DNA from: Thermoanaerobaculia bacterium
GTDB lineage: Bacteria; Acidobacteriota; Thermoanaerobaculia; UBA5066; Gp7-AA6
Assembly: GCA_036493875.1 (NCBI GenBank)
Contig: DASXPB010000050.1
Coordinates: forward strand, 14,577-78,576
Length of the DNA stretch: 64,000 nt
Reading direction: 5' to 3'
The position numbers and the translations under genes are program-made. The notes beneath the pieces were generated by a model, which did no database searches, had not been told where the DNA came from, and was given only the letters and a program-made list of their open reading frames with translations. This document shows positions 48,038-57,163 of this stretch, piece by piece (the first letter of the stretch is position 1; each line of letters begins with the position of its first letter).

Positions 48038-49399
48038 GTGAAGCAAGTGAATGAACCCGTGACGGCCGAACGAGCGGCGCAGGCGTTGGCCGAGCATCTC
48101 CGGCGGCGCATCGCGGACCGCACCGCCACGGTCGGGGTCATCGGTCTCGGGTATGTCGGGTTGCCTCTCATTCTGACCTTCTCGGAGGCGGGGTTCCCCA
48201 CGGTCGGATTCGACGTCGACGGCAGGAAGGTCGAATCCCTGCGCGGGGGGCGGATGTACATCCAGCACTTGGATGGCACCCGCCTGACCCGCGCGCTCTC
48301 GGGCGGACGCTTCCAGGCAACCGAGGACTTCGGACGGCTCGCCGGGGCGGACGTCGTGATCATCTGCGTTCCCACCCCCCTGACACCACAGCGCGAGCCC
48401 GACATGAGCTACGTCACGAGCACCGTGCGCCAGGTCGCGGCGCACCTGCGCGAGGGACAGCTCGTCATCCTCGAGTCGACCACTTACCCGGGAACCACCG
48501 ACGAGCTCGTCCGCGGACTCCTCGAGGAGACGGGGCTCAAGTGCGGCGAACAGTTCTTCCTGGCGTTCTCGCCCGAGCGCGAGGACCCGGGCAACCCGTC
48601 TTTCTCGACCGGCACCATCCCGAAGGTGGTCGGCGGCGTCGACCAGCTCGCCGGCGACCTCGCCCAGGCCGTCTACGACACGGTGGTCAAGCGGACGGTC
48701 CGCGTGCGCAACGCCCGGACCGCCGAGGCGACGAAGCTCGTCGAAAATATCTTCCGGGCCGTGAACATTGCCCTCGCGAACGAGCTCAAGATGGTCTTCG
48801 ACCGCATGGGCATCGACGTGTGGGAGGTCCTCGACGCCGCCTCGACGAAGCCCTTCGGCTTCATGCGCTTCGATCCGGGCCCCGGCTGGGGCGGCCACTG
48901 CATTCCGCTCGACCCCTTCTACCTGTCGTGGAAGGCGCGAGAGTACGGCGTCGCCCCGCGCTTCATCGAGCTCGCCGGCGAGATCAACGTGCAGATGCCG
49001 CACTACGTCATCGAAAAGTTGCAGCTCGCGCTGAACGACCGCGGCCGTCCCCTTCGCGACAGCCGCGTGCTCCTCATGGGCCTCGCCTACAAGCGGGACA
49101 TCGACGATCCGCGGGAGAGCCCGGCCTTCGAGATCCTGGAGCGGTTGCTGGGTCTGGGAGTGCGCGTCTCGTACCACGACCCGCACATCCCGCTCGCGCC
49201 GAAGATGAGGACCTGGCCGAAGCTGCCCGCGCTCGCGTCGCAGCCCCTCGAGCCCGAGATGTTGGCGGAGCAGGACGCCGTCCTCATCGTGACCGACCAC
49301 ACCGCGGTCGACTATCCCAGGATCCTCGAGCACGCGCGCCTCATCGTCGACACGCGCGGCGTCTACCGAGAGCCGCACCGGAAAGTCGTCAAGGCGTAG
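48038..49399 (+). CDS. Nucleotide-sugar 6-dehydrogenase (UDP-GlcNAc/UDP-ManNAc dehydrogenase type; WbpO/TviB/Cap5O-like, 453 aa)
   Basis: GTG start. Rossmann VGVIGLGYVGLPL, ICVPTP, catalytic-region GGHCIPLDP, C-terminal UDP-binding LGLAYKRDIDDPRESPA. Confidence 0.9.
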   Translation: MKQVNEPVTAERAAQALAEHLRRRIADRTATVGVIGLGYVGLPLILTFSEAGFPTVGFDVDGRKVESLRGGRMYIQHLDGTRLTRALSGGRFQATEDFGRLAGADVVIICVPTPLTPQREPDMSYVTSTVRQVAAHLREGQLVILESTTYPGTTDELVRGLLEETGLKCGEQFFLAFSPEREDPGNPSFSTGTIPKVVGGVDQLAGDLAQAVYDTVVKRTVRVRNARTAEATKLVENIFRAVNIALANELKMVFDRMGIDVWEVLDAASTKPFGFMRFDPGPGWGGHCIPLDPFYLSWKAREYGVAPRFIELAGEINVQMPHYVIEKLQLALNDRGRPLRDSRVLLMGLAYKRDIDDPRESPAFEILERLLGLGVRVSYHDPHIPLAPKMRTWPKLPALASQPLEPEMLAEQDAVLIVTDHTAVDYPRILEHARLIVDTRGVYREPHRKVVKA

Positions 49400-49407
49400 A
49401 GGCCCGC

Positions 49408-50460
49408 ATGGACTTGAGCTCGGAATCACAACCGGCGACCGCGCCGCGGACCCTTCGGCCCGAAGACTTTCGCGGCCGCTCGGTGCTCGTCACCGGCGCC
49501 GCGGGGTTCATCGGCTCGCATCTCGTCGACGCGCTGGTGGAGCGAGGCGCGCGCGTGCGTGCGCTCGACAACCTCGCGACCGGAAAGCGGGAGAACCTGA
49601 GCGCCTCGGCCGGATCGATCGAATTTCTCGAGGGAGACCTGCGCGACGCCGAGACGTGTCGCCGCGCGTGCGCGGGGGTGTCCTGGGTGTTCCACCAGGC
49701 GGCCCTGGGCTCGGTGCCGCGCTCGATGAAGGATCCGGCGACGACCTTCGCGGTGAACGTCTCGGGAACCGCGAACGTCCTCGCGGCCGCGCGGGACGCC
49801 GGCGCGACCCGGGTCGTGTATGCCTCCTCGTCCAGCGTGTACGGCGACAGCGCGCGGCTTCCCAAGCGGGAGGGCGAGGAGGGGAGGCCCGTTTCGCCCT
49901 ACGCGCTCTCGAAGAAGATGAACGAGCAACTGGCGGAGATCTTCGCCTCGTGCTTCGGCATGGAGACGGTCGGGCTCCGCTACTTCAACGTCTACGGCCC
50001 GCGCCAGGATCCGGACGGTCCGTACGCCGCGGTCATTCCGCTGTTCTTCCGCGCGGCGCTGCGCGACGAGCCGGCGCTGATCCATGGAGACGGAACCCAG
50101 ACGCGCGACTTCACGTTCGTCGGCGACGCGGTGGCGGCCAATCTCCTCGCCGCGACGGCGCCTCCGGCGGCGTGCGGACGCGCCTACAACGTGGCCGCCG
50201 GACGCCGGACGAGTCTCCTCGACCTCTCCCGCGCCATCCGCGAGATCGTGGGCGGCGCGCCCGCTCCGCGGCACGGTGCGCCGCGGCCGGGCGACGTCCC
50301 GCACTCGCTCGCCGACCTCTCGGATGCCGGCCGTCTGCTCGGCTACGGCCCGAGCGTCCAACTCGAGGACGGCCTGCGCCGGAGCCTGTCTCACTATCGG
50401 AGTCTCGTCGCCGACGTCGAGCGGCCGACGCCGGCCGCCGGATCCAGGAAGGACGCCTGA
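49408..50460 (+). CDS. NAD-dependent UDP-sugar 4-epimerase (WbpP/TviC-like SDR, 350 aa)
   Basis: In frame of track ORF 48541..50460. VLVTGAAGFIGSHL, ASSSSVYG, catalytic YALSK, RYFNVYGPRQDP. Pairing with the upstream dehydrogenase is the classic UDP-GalNAcA-type module. Confidence 0.88.
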   Translation: MDLSSESQPATAPRTLRPEDFRGRSVLVTGAAGFIGSHLVDALVERGARVRALDNLATGKRENLSASAGSIEFLEGDLRDAETCRRACAGVSWVFHQAALGSVPRSMKDPATTFAVNVSGTANVLAAARDAGATRVVYASSSSVYGDSARLPKREGEEGRPVSPYALSKKMNEQLAEIFASCFGMETVGLRYFNVYGPRQDPDGPYAAVIPLFFRAALRDEPALIHGDGTQTRDFTFVGDAVAANLLAATAPPAACGRAYNVAAGRRTSLLDLSRAIREIVGGAPAPRHGAPRPGDVPHSLADLSDAGRLLGYGPSVQLEDGLRRSLSHYRSLVADVERPTPAAGSRKDA

Positions 50461-51326
50461 TGAGCGCCACGCATCCCGCCGAACCCGTTTCCCCGATGGT
50501 GGTGATCCGGCCGACCAAGGGCTGGGCCGCCTTGCGTCTCAACGAGGTGTGGGAGTACCGGGAGCTCCTGTTCTTCCTGGCCTGGCGCGACGTCAAGATC
50601 CGCTACAAACAGACCGCCCTGGGCGCAGCCTGGGCCGTCCTCCAGCCGCTCCTGACGATGGTCGTGTTCACGATCTTCTTCGGCAACCTCGCGAAGGTCG
50701 GCTCGGACGGGCTGCCGTATCCGATCTTCTCGTACACCGGACTGCTTCCGTGGACGCTGTTCGCGCAGGCGCTGACGCTGTCCTCGGCGAGCCTGGTGAC
50801 GTCGTCCAACCTGATCAAGAAGGTTTACTTCCCGCGCATCGTGATCCCGATGGCCGCCGTGCTGTCGGGGGTCATCGACTTCGGCGTGTCGATGGTCGCG
50901 CTCCTCGGTCTCATGGCCTACTACAAGATCTGGCCGTCCTTCCTGGTGATCTGGATTCCCGCGATCTTCCTCCTCGCGTTGGCGGCGTCGCTCGGCGCCG
51001 GCCTGTGGCTCGCGACTCTGAACGTCGAGTACCGGGACGTGCGCTACGTGGTCCCGTTTCTGGTTCAGATCTGGCTCTTCGTGACGCCCGTCATCTATCC
51101 CGCGAGCCGCGTCACCGCGAAGCTCGCCGAGCACGGGCTGCCGGGCTGGATCTACGGGCTGAACCCGATGGCGGGCGTGGTCGAGGGATTCCGCTGGGCT
51201 CTCCTCGGCCGCACGCCGTTTCCGGCGCAGCTGCTCGCCACGAGCGTGGTGGTCACCCTCGTCCTGCTCGTTACGGGTTCGTTCTACCTCCGTCGCATGG
51301 AAGCGACCTTCGCGGACATCGTCTGA
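50460..51326 (+). CDS. wzm: ABC-2 type polysaccharide/O-antigen export permease (288 aa)
   Basis: In frame of track ORF 49656..51326; the ATG shares a base with the upstream TGA. WEYRELLFFLAWRDVKIRYKQTALGAAWAVLQPLL is the characteristic ABC-2 N-terminal block. Six hydrophobic helices. Confidence 0.9.
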   Translation: MSATHPAEPVSPMVVIRPTKGWAALRLNEVWEYRELLFFLAWRDVKIRYKQTALGAAWAVLQPLLTMVVFTIFFGNLAKVGSDGLPYPIFSYTGLLPWTLFAQALTLSSASLVTSSNLIKKVYFPRIVIPMAAVLSGVIDFGVSMVALLGLMAYYKIWPSFLVIWIPAIFLLALAASLGAGLWLATLNVEYRDVRYVVPFLVQIWLFVTPVIYPASRVTAKLAEHGLPGWIYGLNPMAGVVEGFRWALLGRTPFPAQLLATSVVVTLVLLVTGSFYLRRMEATFADIV

Positions 51327-52684
51327 TGAGCCGACTCGCCATCCGGGTCAAGGACCTGGGCAAGCAATACACCCTGGGGCGCTCGCGCGCGAGCTACCGG
51401 ACGCTGCGCGAGACGCTCATGGAGGCCGTCGCGCGTCCGTTCGAGCGCGTCAAGATCGGCCGTAGCGGCGGGCGGCCTCCAGCCGAGACGATCTGGGCGC
51501 TCCGGGACGTCAGCTTCGAGGTGGGCGACGGCGAGGCAGTGGGCGTCATCGGGCGAAACGGCGCCGGCAAGAGCACGCTCCTGAAGATCCTCTCGCGCAT
51601 CACGATGCCGACGCAGGGGCGAGCGGAGATCCACGGCCGCGTGGGATCGCTGCTCGAGGTGGGCACCGGGTTCCATCCCGAGTTGACCGGCCGCGAGAAC
51701 ACGTACCTGAACGGCGCGATCCTCGGCATGCGCAACCGCGAGATCGACAAGCGCTTCGACGACATCGTGCAGTTCGCGGAGCTCGAAAAGTTCGTCGACA
51801 CTCCCGTCAAGCACTACTCGAGCGGCATGTACATGCGGCTGGCGTTCGCGGTCGCGGCGCACCTCGAGACCGAGATCCTGCTGATCGACGAGGTCCTCGC
51901 GGTGGGCGACCTCGCGTTCCAGAAACGCTGCCTCGGCAAGATGGAGGAAGTCGCCGCCGCGGGCCGGACCGTCCTCTTCGTGAGCCACAACATGACCGCT
52001 GTGTCCGCGCTCTGCGGGCGCGCGATCTGGATCGAGTCCGGAAGCCTCGGAGCGGACGGGCCCGCCGACGAGGTCACGGGGCTTTACCTCCAGGCGCTCG
52101 CGTCGGGGGAATTTCAGTTCGTCAACGCGGAGCACGGGCTCAAGATCGAGAGCGTCACGCTGCGCAACGGAGCCGGCGAGCGCACGCAGTTCTTCAATCC
52201 CGGCGACGACCTGTGCGTCCAGATCGCCTTCGAGGCGGAGAAGCCACTGCCGGGCGTCTACGTCCGCCTCCTGATCGAGAGCCTCCAGGGCTCCTGCTTC
52301 TCGGCGAACATGCTGCTCGACGGCCAGCGGCCGGATGCGCTCGAGGGCAAGGGCGTCCTCGCGTGCAAGTTCAAGTCGCTGCCGCTGCTGCCGCAGTCCT
52401 ACACGGTAAAGATGGCGGTCGTCGGACCCGACGCGCGCGAGCCGATCGTCCGCGTCCAGGAGGTCGCCTCCTTCACCGTGAACGGCCAGGCGGAGGACTA
52501 CGGCTTCTCCGGCGAGTTCTTCCACCGGTTCGTGGCGCATGCCACATCGGTCGTCGTCCCCTATGAATGGATCATGCCCGACGGAACCGTGAAGCCCGTC
52601 TTCGTCAGAGACGGCGTGTCGGTTCCACCGGACGAGCGGGGCTCGGCGCTCGGCGTCGGCGCGCCCGGAGAGGTGAAACGATGA
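51326..52684 (+). CDS. wzt: Polysaccharide/O-antigen export ABC ATPase with an extra C-terminal domain of about 190 aa (452 aa)
   Basis: In frame of track ORF 50084..52684. Walker A GRNGAGKST, FHPELTGRENTYLNG, signature YSSGMYMRLAFAVA, Walker B ILLIDEVLAVGD, H-loop FVSHN. A beta-rich C-terminal extension (KIESVTLRNGAGERTQFFNPGDDLCVQIAFEAEK...) resembles Wzt carbohydrate-binding domains. Confidence 0.9.
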   Translation: MSRLAIRVKDLGKQYTLGRSRASYRTLRETLMEAVARPFERVKIGRSGGRPPAETIWALRDVSFEVGDGEAVGVIGRNGAGKSTLLKILSRITMPTQGRAEIHGRVGSLLEVGTGFHPELTGRENTYLNGAILGMRNREIDKRFDDIVQFAELEKFVDTPVKHYSSGMYMRLAFAVAAHLETEILLIDEVLAVGDLAFQKRCLGKMEEVAAAGRTVLFVSHNMTAVSALCGRAIWIESGSLGADGPADEVTGLYLQALASGEFQFVNAEHGLKIESVTLRNGAGERTQFFNPGDDLCVQIAFEAEKPLPGVYVRLLIESLQGSCFSANMLLDGQRPDALEGKGVLACKFKSLPLLPQSYTVKMAVVGPDAREPIVRVQEVASFTVNGQAEDYGFSGEFFHRFVAHATSVVVPYEWIMPDGTVKPVFVRDGVSVPPDERGSALGVGAPGEVKR

Positions 52685-53733
52685 CGGCGAGTCCCGAACC
52701 GCGATTCGACTGGTCCGACAAGTCCGTGCTGGTGACCGGCGGCACCGGCTCCTTCGGCAGGAAATTCATCGAGATCATGCTGAAGGAGTTCCGGCCTGCG
52801 CGGCTCATCGTGTTCTCGCGCGACGAGCTCAAGCAGCACGACATGCGCCAGGTGTTCTCCGACCGCGAGGGCAAGCCGATGCGCTACTTCATCGGCGACG
52901 TCCGGGACACGGAGCGGCTCCGCCGCGCGTTCCAGGGCGTCCAGATCGTGGTCCATGCCGCCGCGATGAAACAGGTGCCCGCCTGCGAGTACAACCCGAT
53001 CGAGGCCGTCATGACGAACGTCAACGGCGCGCGCAACGTCATCTCGGCGGCTCTCGACGCGGGTGTGCAGAAGGTGCTTGCGCTCTCGACCGACAAGGCC
53101 GTCAACCCGGTCAATCTCTACGGGGCGACGAAGCTCGTCGCGGAGAAGCTCTTCACGCAGGGCAACGCGTACAGCGGCAGCAGCCCCACGCGCTTCTCCT
53201 GCGTTCGGTACGGCAACGTGATCGGCAGCCGGGGAAGCGTCATCCCGCTGTTCCAGCAGCAGCGGAAGAACGGGTTCGTCACCGTGACCGACCTGCGGAT
53301 GACGCGGTTCTGGATCAGCCTCGAGCAGGGCGTGCGCTTCGTCATCCGCAGCATCGAGCGGATGCACGGGGGAGAGGTCTTCGTGCCGAAGCTGCCGAGC
53401 GCCGCGCTGCGGAGCCTGGCCGAGGCGGCGGCGCCGGGGTGCCGCATCGAGACCATCGGAATCCGACCCGGCGAGAAGCTGCACGAGGTCCTGGTCTCGC
53501 AGGACGAGGCGCGGAACACGCTCGAGTTCGACGACATGTTCGTCGTGAAGCCGGCGCCGCGCTGGCTCTTCGGGGCGGACCCGTGGACGCTCGGCCGGCC
53601 CCTGCCGGAGGGCTTCACCTACGCGAGCGACAACAATCCGGAGATGCTGACGACCGAGGAGATCCGCGAGATGGTCGAGGAGACGACCGCGCGGCCGACG
53701 CCCATTCATCCGACGCCCGTGACGACGACCTGA
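52681..53733 (+). CDS. pseB: UDP-N-acetylglucosamine 4,6-dehydratase (inverting), PseB/FlaA1-type (350 aa)
   Basis: In frame of track ORF 52567..53733; ATGA overlap with wzt. VLVTGGTGSFGRKF, FIGDVRD, HAAAMKQVP, LSTDKAVNPVNLYGATKL, RYGNVIGSRGSVIPLF are hallmark PseB/CapD-short blocks. Confidence 0.92.
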   Translation: MTASPEPRFDWSDKSVLVTGGTGSFGRKFIEIMLKEFRPARLIVFSRDELKQHDMRQVFSDREGKPMRYFIGDVRDTERLRRAFQGVQIVVHAAAMKQVPACEYNPIEAVMTNVNGARNVISAALDAGVQKVLALSTDKAVNPVNLYGATKLVAEKLFTQGNAYSGSSPTRFSCVRYGNVIGSRGSVIPLFQQQRKNGFVTVTDLRMTRFWISLEQGVRFVIRSIERMHGGEVFVPKLPSAALRSLAEAAAPGCRIETIGIRPGEKLHEVLVSQDEARNTLEFDDMFVVKPAPRWLFGADPWTLGRPLPEGFTYASDNNPEMLTTEEIREMVEETTARPTPIHPTPVTTT

Positions 53734-53786
53734 GCACATCCATGGCGCGTACTCCGACCCCCGCCGCCCCGCCCAAGGCAGAGACC

Positions 53787-54932
53787 ATGATCCCCTATGG
53801 CCGCCAGTGGATCGACGACGACGACGTCGCCGCGGTCGACGCGGTGCTGCGGTCCGACTGGCTGACGACGGGACCGAACGTCGAGCGCTTCGAGCGCGCC
53901 TTCGCGGCCGCCGTCGGATCGCGCGAGGCCGTGGCCGTCAGCAACGGCACGGCCGCCCTGCACACGGCCATGCACGCGCTCGGCATCGGCCCGGGCGACG
54001 AGGTCGTGGTGCCTCCGATGACCTTCGCGGCGACCGCCAATGCCGTGGTGTACCAGGGCGGCACGCCCGTCTTCGCGGACGTAGACCCCGAGACCCTGCT
54101 CCTCGACCCGCAGGCGGCCGCGGCCCGCATCACGCCGCGGACGAAGGCGATCGCCGCCGTCGACTACGCCGGGCAGCCCTGCGACTACCGCCCGCTCCGG
54201 AACCTCGCGGAGCGCCAGGGCCTGCGCCTCGTCGACGACGCCTGCCACGCGCTGGGCGGCCGCGACGGAGACCGGGCGGTCGGGACTCTCGCCGACCTCA
54301 ACACGTTCAGCCTTCACCCCGTCAAGCCCATCACGTCCGGAGAGGGCGGCATGATCACGACGGAGGATCCGGAGCTCGCGCGCCGCATGCGCGTGTTCCG
54401 CAACCACGGCATCACGACGGACCACCGCCAGCGTGAGGCCGAGGGTTCCTGGTTCTACGAGATGGTCGACCTGGGATTCAACTACCGGCTGACCGACTTC
54501 CAGTGCGCGCTCGGCGAGAGCCAGCTGCGCAAGCTCACCGCGTGGGTGGAGCGCCGGCGAGCGATCGCGCTGCGGTACGACGAGGCGTTCTCCGGAAACG
54601 GTCTGTTCACCCCGCTCGCCGTGCGGCCCGGCGTCACGCACGCGTACCACCTCTACGTCGTCCAGCTGCGCCTCGACCGGCTGCGGGCGGGGCGCCGCGA
54701 GGTGTTCGCCGCGCTGCGGGCCGCCGGCCTCGGCGTCAACGTCCACTATGTCCCGGTCCACCTGCACCCCTACTACCGGAAGCGCTTCGGCACCGGTCCG
54801 GGCCTGTGCCCGAGGGCCGAGGCCGCCTACGAGCGGATCCTGACGCTGCCCCTCTTCGCCCGCATGACGGACGAGCAGGTGCGGACGGTGATCGAGGCGA
54901 CCCTCGAGGTAACCGCCTCCTTCGCCGCCTGA
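53787..54932 (+). CDS. pseC: DegT/DnrJ/EryC1-family PLP aminotransferase, PseC-type (UDP-4-amino-4,6-dideoxy-N-acetyl-beta-L-altrosamine transaminase)
   Basis: MIPYGRQWIDDDDVAAVDAVLRSDWLTTGP, SNGTAALH, the PLP-Lys region FSLHPVKPITSGEGGMI, and FRNHGIT...FNYRLTDFQCALGESQL. An upstream in-frame ATG at 53742 is possible. Confidence 0.88.
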   Translation: MIPYGRQWIDDDDVAAVDAVLRSDWLTTGPNVERFERAFAAAVGSREAVAVSNGTAALHTAMHALGIGPGDEVVVPPMTFAATANAVVYQGGTPVFADVDPETLLLDPQAAAARITPRTKAIAAVDYAGQPCDYRPLRNLAERQGLRLVDDACHALGGRDGDRAVGTLADLNTFSLHPVKPITSGEGGMITTEDPELARRMRVFRNHGITTDHRQREAEGSWFYEMVDLGFNYRLTDFQCALGESQLRKLTAWVERRRAIALRYDEAFSGNGLFTPLAVRPGVTHAYHLYVVQLRLDRLRAGRREVFAALRAAGLGVNVHYVPVHLHPYYRKRFGTGPGLCPRAEAAYERILTLPLFARMTDEQVRTVIEATLEVTASFAA

Positions 54933-54942
54933 GGAATCTCCG

Positions 54943-56427
54943 ATGAAGAAGTTCAAGGACGTCGAGACGACGCGGATCCAGGCGCACAGGGACCCTGCGC
55001 GCGACTCGGTCCACCGCGCCTCGCTACTCGTCCCGGAGCTGCCGGGGGCGGTCGCCGAGATCAGCTTCGTCAACCACTTCCTGCTGAAACGGGGATATCC
55101 GCACGTCGCCTGCCGAATCACCGCCATCGACGCGCAGGGGCAGCGCATCGAGGCGCGCCTCCATCGAATCGAGGAGCCGAGGGTTTATCGATTCCGGCTC
55201 ACCGGCAGCGTGGACGCCCCGGTCGAGACGTATATGGTCGAGTTCTTCGCGGCCGACAATCTCTTCATCCCGTTCCCGGCGGTGATGGTCAACCACCACG
55301 GGCCCGGCTTCTACAACACCGTCCACGCCTTCAACCGGGTGCTCAACGACGTCTTCGAGAACGACGCCATCAACGCCCAGCAGGGCGCGGAGGCGTCGAT
55401 CGACGTCGACCTCTCGGGGGGCCGCGACACCTTCGCCGTGTTCACCTCCGGGCCCACGGCGTGCCGCGGGGAGCTGGCGCTCGACCTCGCGACTCCGGGC
55501 CGCGCGTACGAGGCCGCCGTGGCACTGGACCGGCCGCGGTTGACCCAGCAGTTCCTGTCCGTGCGCGAGATCTTCCCGGACCTCGACGGCGCGACCTCGG
55601 GCGTGCTCCGGATCCGCCAGCCCGAGCAATTCCTCTTCTACGGAAGGATGCTGGCGGGCATCCGAGCGCCTGACGGCTCGTTCAGCGCGAACCACAGCTA
55701 CTACGACTGCTCGGGATTGCCCGAGTACTGGGAGGACGGCCGCGGCTCGTACCGGAGCTATCCGCACTTCGCGTCGTTCCGGAGCGCGATTCGCATGTAT
55801 CCGGTTCAGTCGCCGGGCGGACTCCAGCTGAGCGTGGGCCTCCACGACGCGGACGGGAAGGAGCTCGCGCGGGCCACGGCCGGCTGCGTGGAGAGCCCCG
55901 GCCCGCGGGTGCTCGAGGCCGACGTGGAGACGCTCGCGCGCGGCGCCGGCGTCGCGCCGGAAGACGTGCGCACGTTCGTCGTGTACGCCGATTCCCCGGG
56001 CGGCGCCGTGCCGTGCCGCGCGAATCATCAGCTGGCCTACTCGAGCGGCGGCCTCTCCTCGTCGATCAACGTCTCCCTCTTCAACCCGAACGTGTACACG
56101 CCGAAGCGGCCCGGACTCACCTGGGCGCAGTCGATCGTCGGCGACGGGATCGATTCGCGCTTCGCCATCGTCGGCAACTCGCCGTCCGCGGACGCCTGCG
56201 ACGTCGAGATGGCGTTCTACGACGAGTCCGGCCACGTGGCGGACCTGACCCGCCGTCTCACCGCGGGCGGCGCGGTGGAGATCGACCCCGCGCGCGACCT
56301 CGCCCTCGGCGGAGGCGAGCCGCGGCCGGTCTGGGTGATCGCGCGATGTGCTCGGCCCGACGTCTCGATCTTCGGGGTGACCCGGGACCGCTCGACCGGA
56401 AACTGCAGCGGGGAGCATGGGTTCTAG
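54943..56427 (+). CDS. Hypothetical protein, 494 aa, no recognisable family; embedded in the nonulosonic-acid gene set
   Basis: Clean ORF 10 nt after pseC, with coding-like composition and no signal peptide or TM visible. I recognise no catalytic motif. Overlaps the downstream methyltransferase by 11 nt. Confidence 0.6.
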   Translation: MKKFKDVETTRIQAHRDPARDSVHRASLLVPELPGAVAEISFVNHFLLKRGYPHVACRITAIDAQGQRIEARLHRIEEPRVYRFRLTGSVDAPVETYMVEFFAADNLFIPFPAVMVNHHGPGFYNTVHAFNRVLNDVFENDAINAQQGAEASIDVDLSGGRDTFAVFTSGPTACRGELALDLATPGRAYEAAVALDRPRLTQQFLSVREIFPDLDGATSGVLRIRQPEQFLFYGRMLAGIRAPDGSFSANHSYYDCSGLPEYWEDGRGSYRSYPHFASFRSAIRMYPVQSPGGLQLSVGLHDADGKELARATAGCVESPGPRVLEADVETLARGAGVAPEDVRTFVVYADSPGGAVPCRANHQLAYSSGGLSSSINVSLFNPNVYTPKRPGLTWAQSIVGDGIDSRFAIVGNSPSADACDVEMAFYDESGHVADLTRRLTAGGAVEIDPARDLALGGGEPRPVWVIARCARPDVSIFGVTRDRSTGNCSGEHGF

Positions 56428-57163
56428 GAGCTCCGAGATCGGGCCTCCCCCGACGCGGCCCGAGCTGCAGGCGGCGATGGTCGACCCCGCGAACTACGGG
56501 TCGGCGTACTTCGCGCACCGGCAGAAGAACGACCCGGTCCGCCTGGCCGCGTTCGCCATCGAGAGGCGGCTGCTCGAGGAGCGTCTGGACCCGAGTGTCT
56601 TTCTCAAGGGGCGCGTCCTCGACGTCGGATGCTCCACGGGCGAGTTCCTCGAGACGATCGGATGGGACCTCTCGCAGGCCTTCGGGATGGAGGTCTCGGA
56701 TTTCGCGCGGCAGCGCGCGCAAAGCGCCGGGATCTCGTTCGCGAAGACGATCTTCGACGAGGAGAATTTCTTCGACCTGGTGGTCTTTCGCGGAACGATC
56801 CAGTACCTGCCGAATCCGTTCGAGTACCTCTACGCGGCGTACCGGGCCCTGAAGCCCGGCGGCACGCTCTTCCTCCTGGCTCCCAACACGAACTCACCGT
56901 ACTACCGCGCGTTCGGGACGCTGCCGTACCTCGAGGAGCACCTCCACTTCTGGATCCCGAGCGACGCGTCGCTCCGGATGGTGCTGCGCAACTGCGGGTT
57001 CCGGAGGATCGACGTCACCTTCCCGTACCTCGGCTCGCCTTACGCGCGGCCGGTCCGGGACCACCTCAAGTTCTTGGTGAAGCGTCTCTTCCGGACCGGG
57101 CACAAGTTCGCGTTCTGGCGAAACAGCATGTACGTCTTCGCCGAGAAGCCGGCGGATCAGTGA
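56417..57163 (+). CDS. Class I SAM-dependent methyltransferase (248 aa)
   Basis: Motif I RVLDVGCSTGEF. Post-I and motif II/III-like DLVVFRGTIQYLPNP and LKPGGTLFLLAPN. Confidence 0.8.
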   Translation: MGSRSSEIGPPPTRPELQAAMVDPANYGSAYFAHRQKNDPVRLAAFAIERRLLEERLDPSVFLKGRVLDVGCSTGEFLETIGWDLSQAFGMEVSDFARQRAQSAGISFAKTIFDEENFFDLVVFRGTIQYLPNPFEYLYAAYRALKPGGTLFLLAPNTNSPYYRAFGTLPYLEEHLHFWIPSDASLRMVLRNCGFRRIDVTFPYLGSPYARPVRDHLKFLVKRLFRTGHKFAFWRNSMYVFAEKPADQ

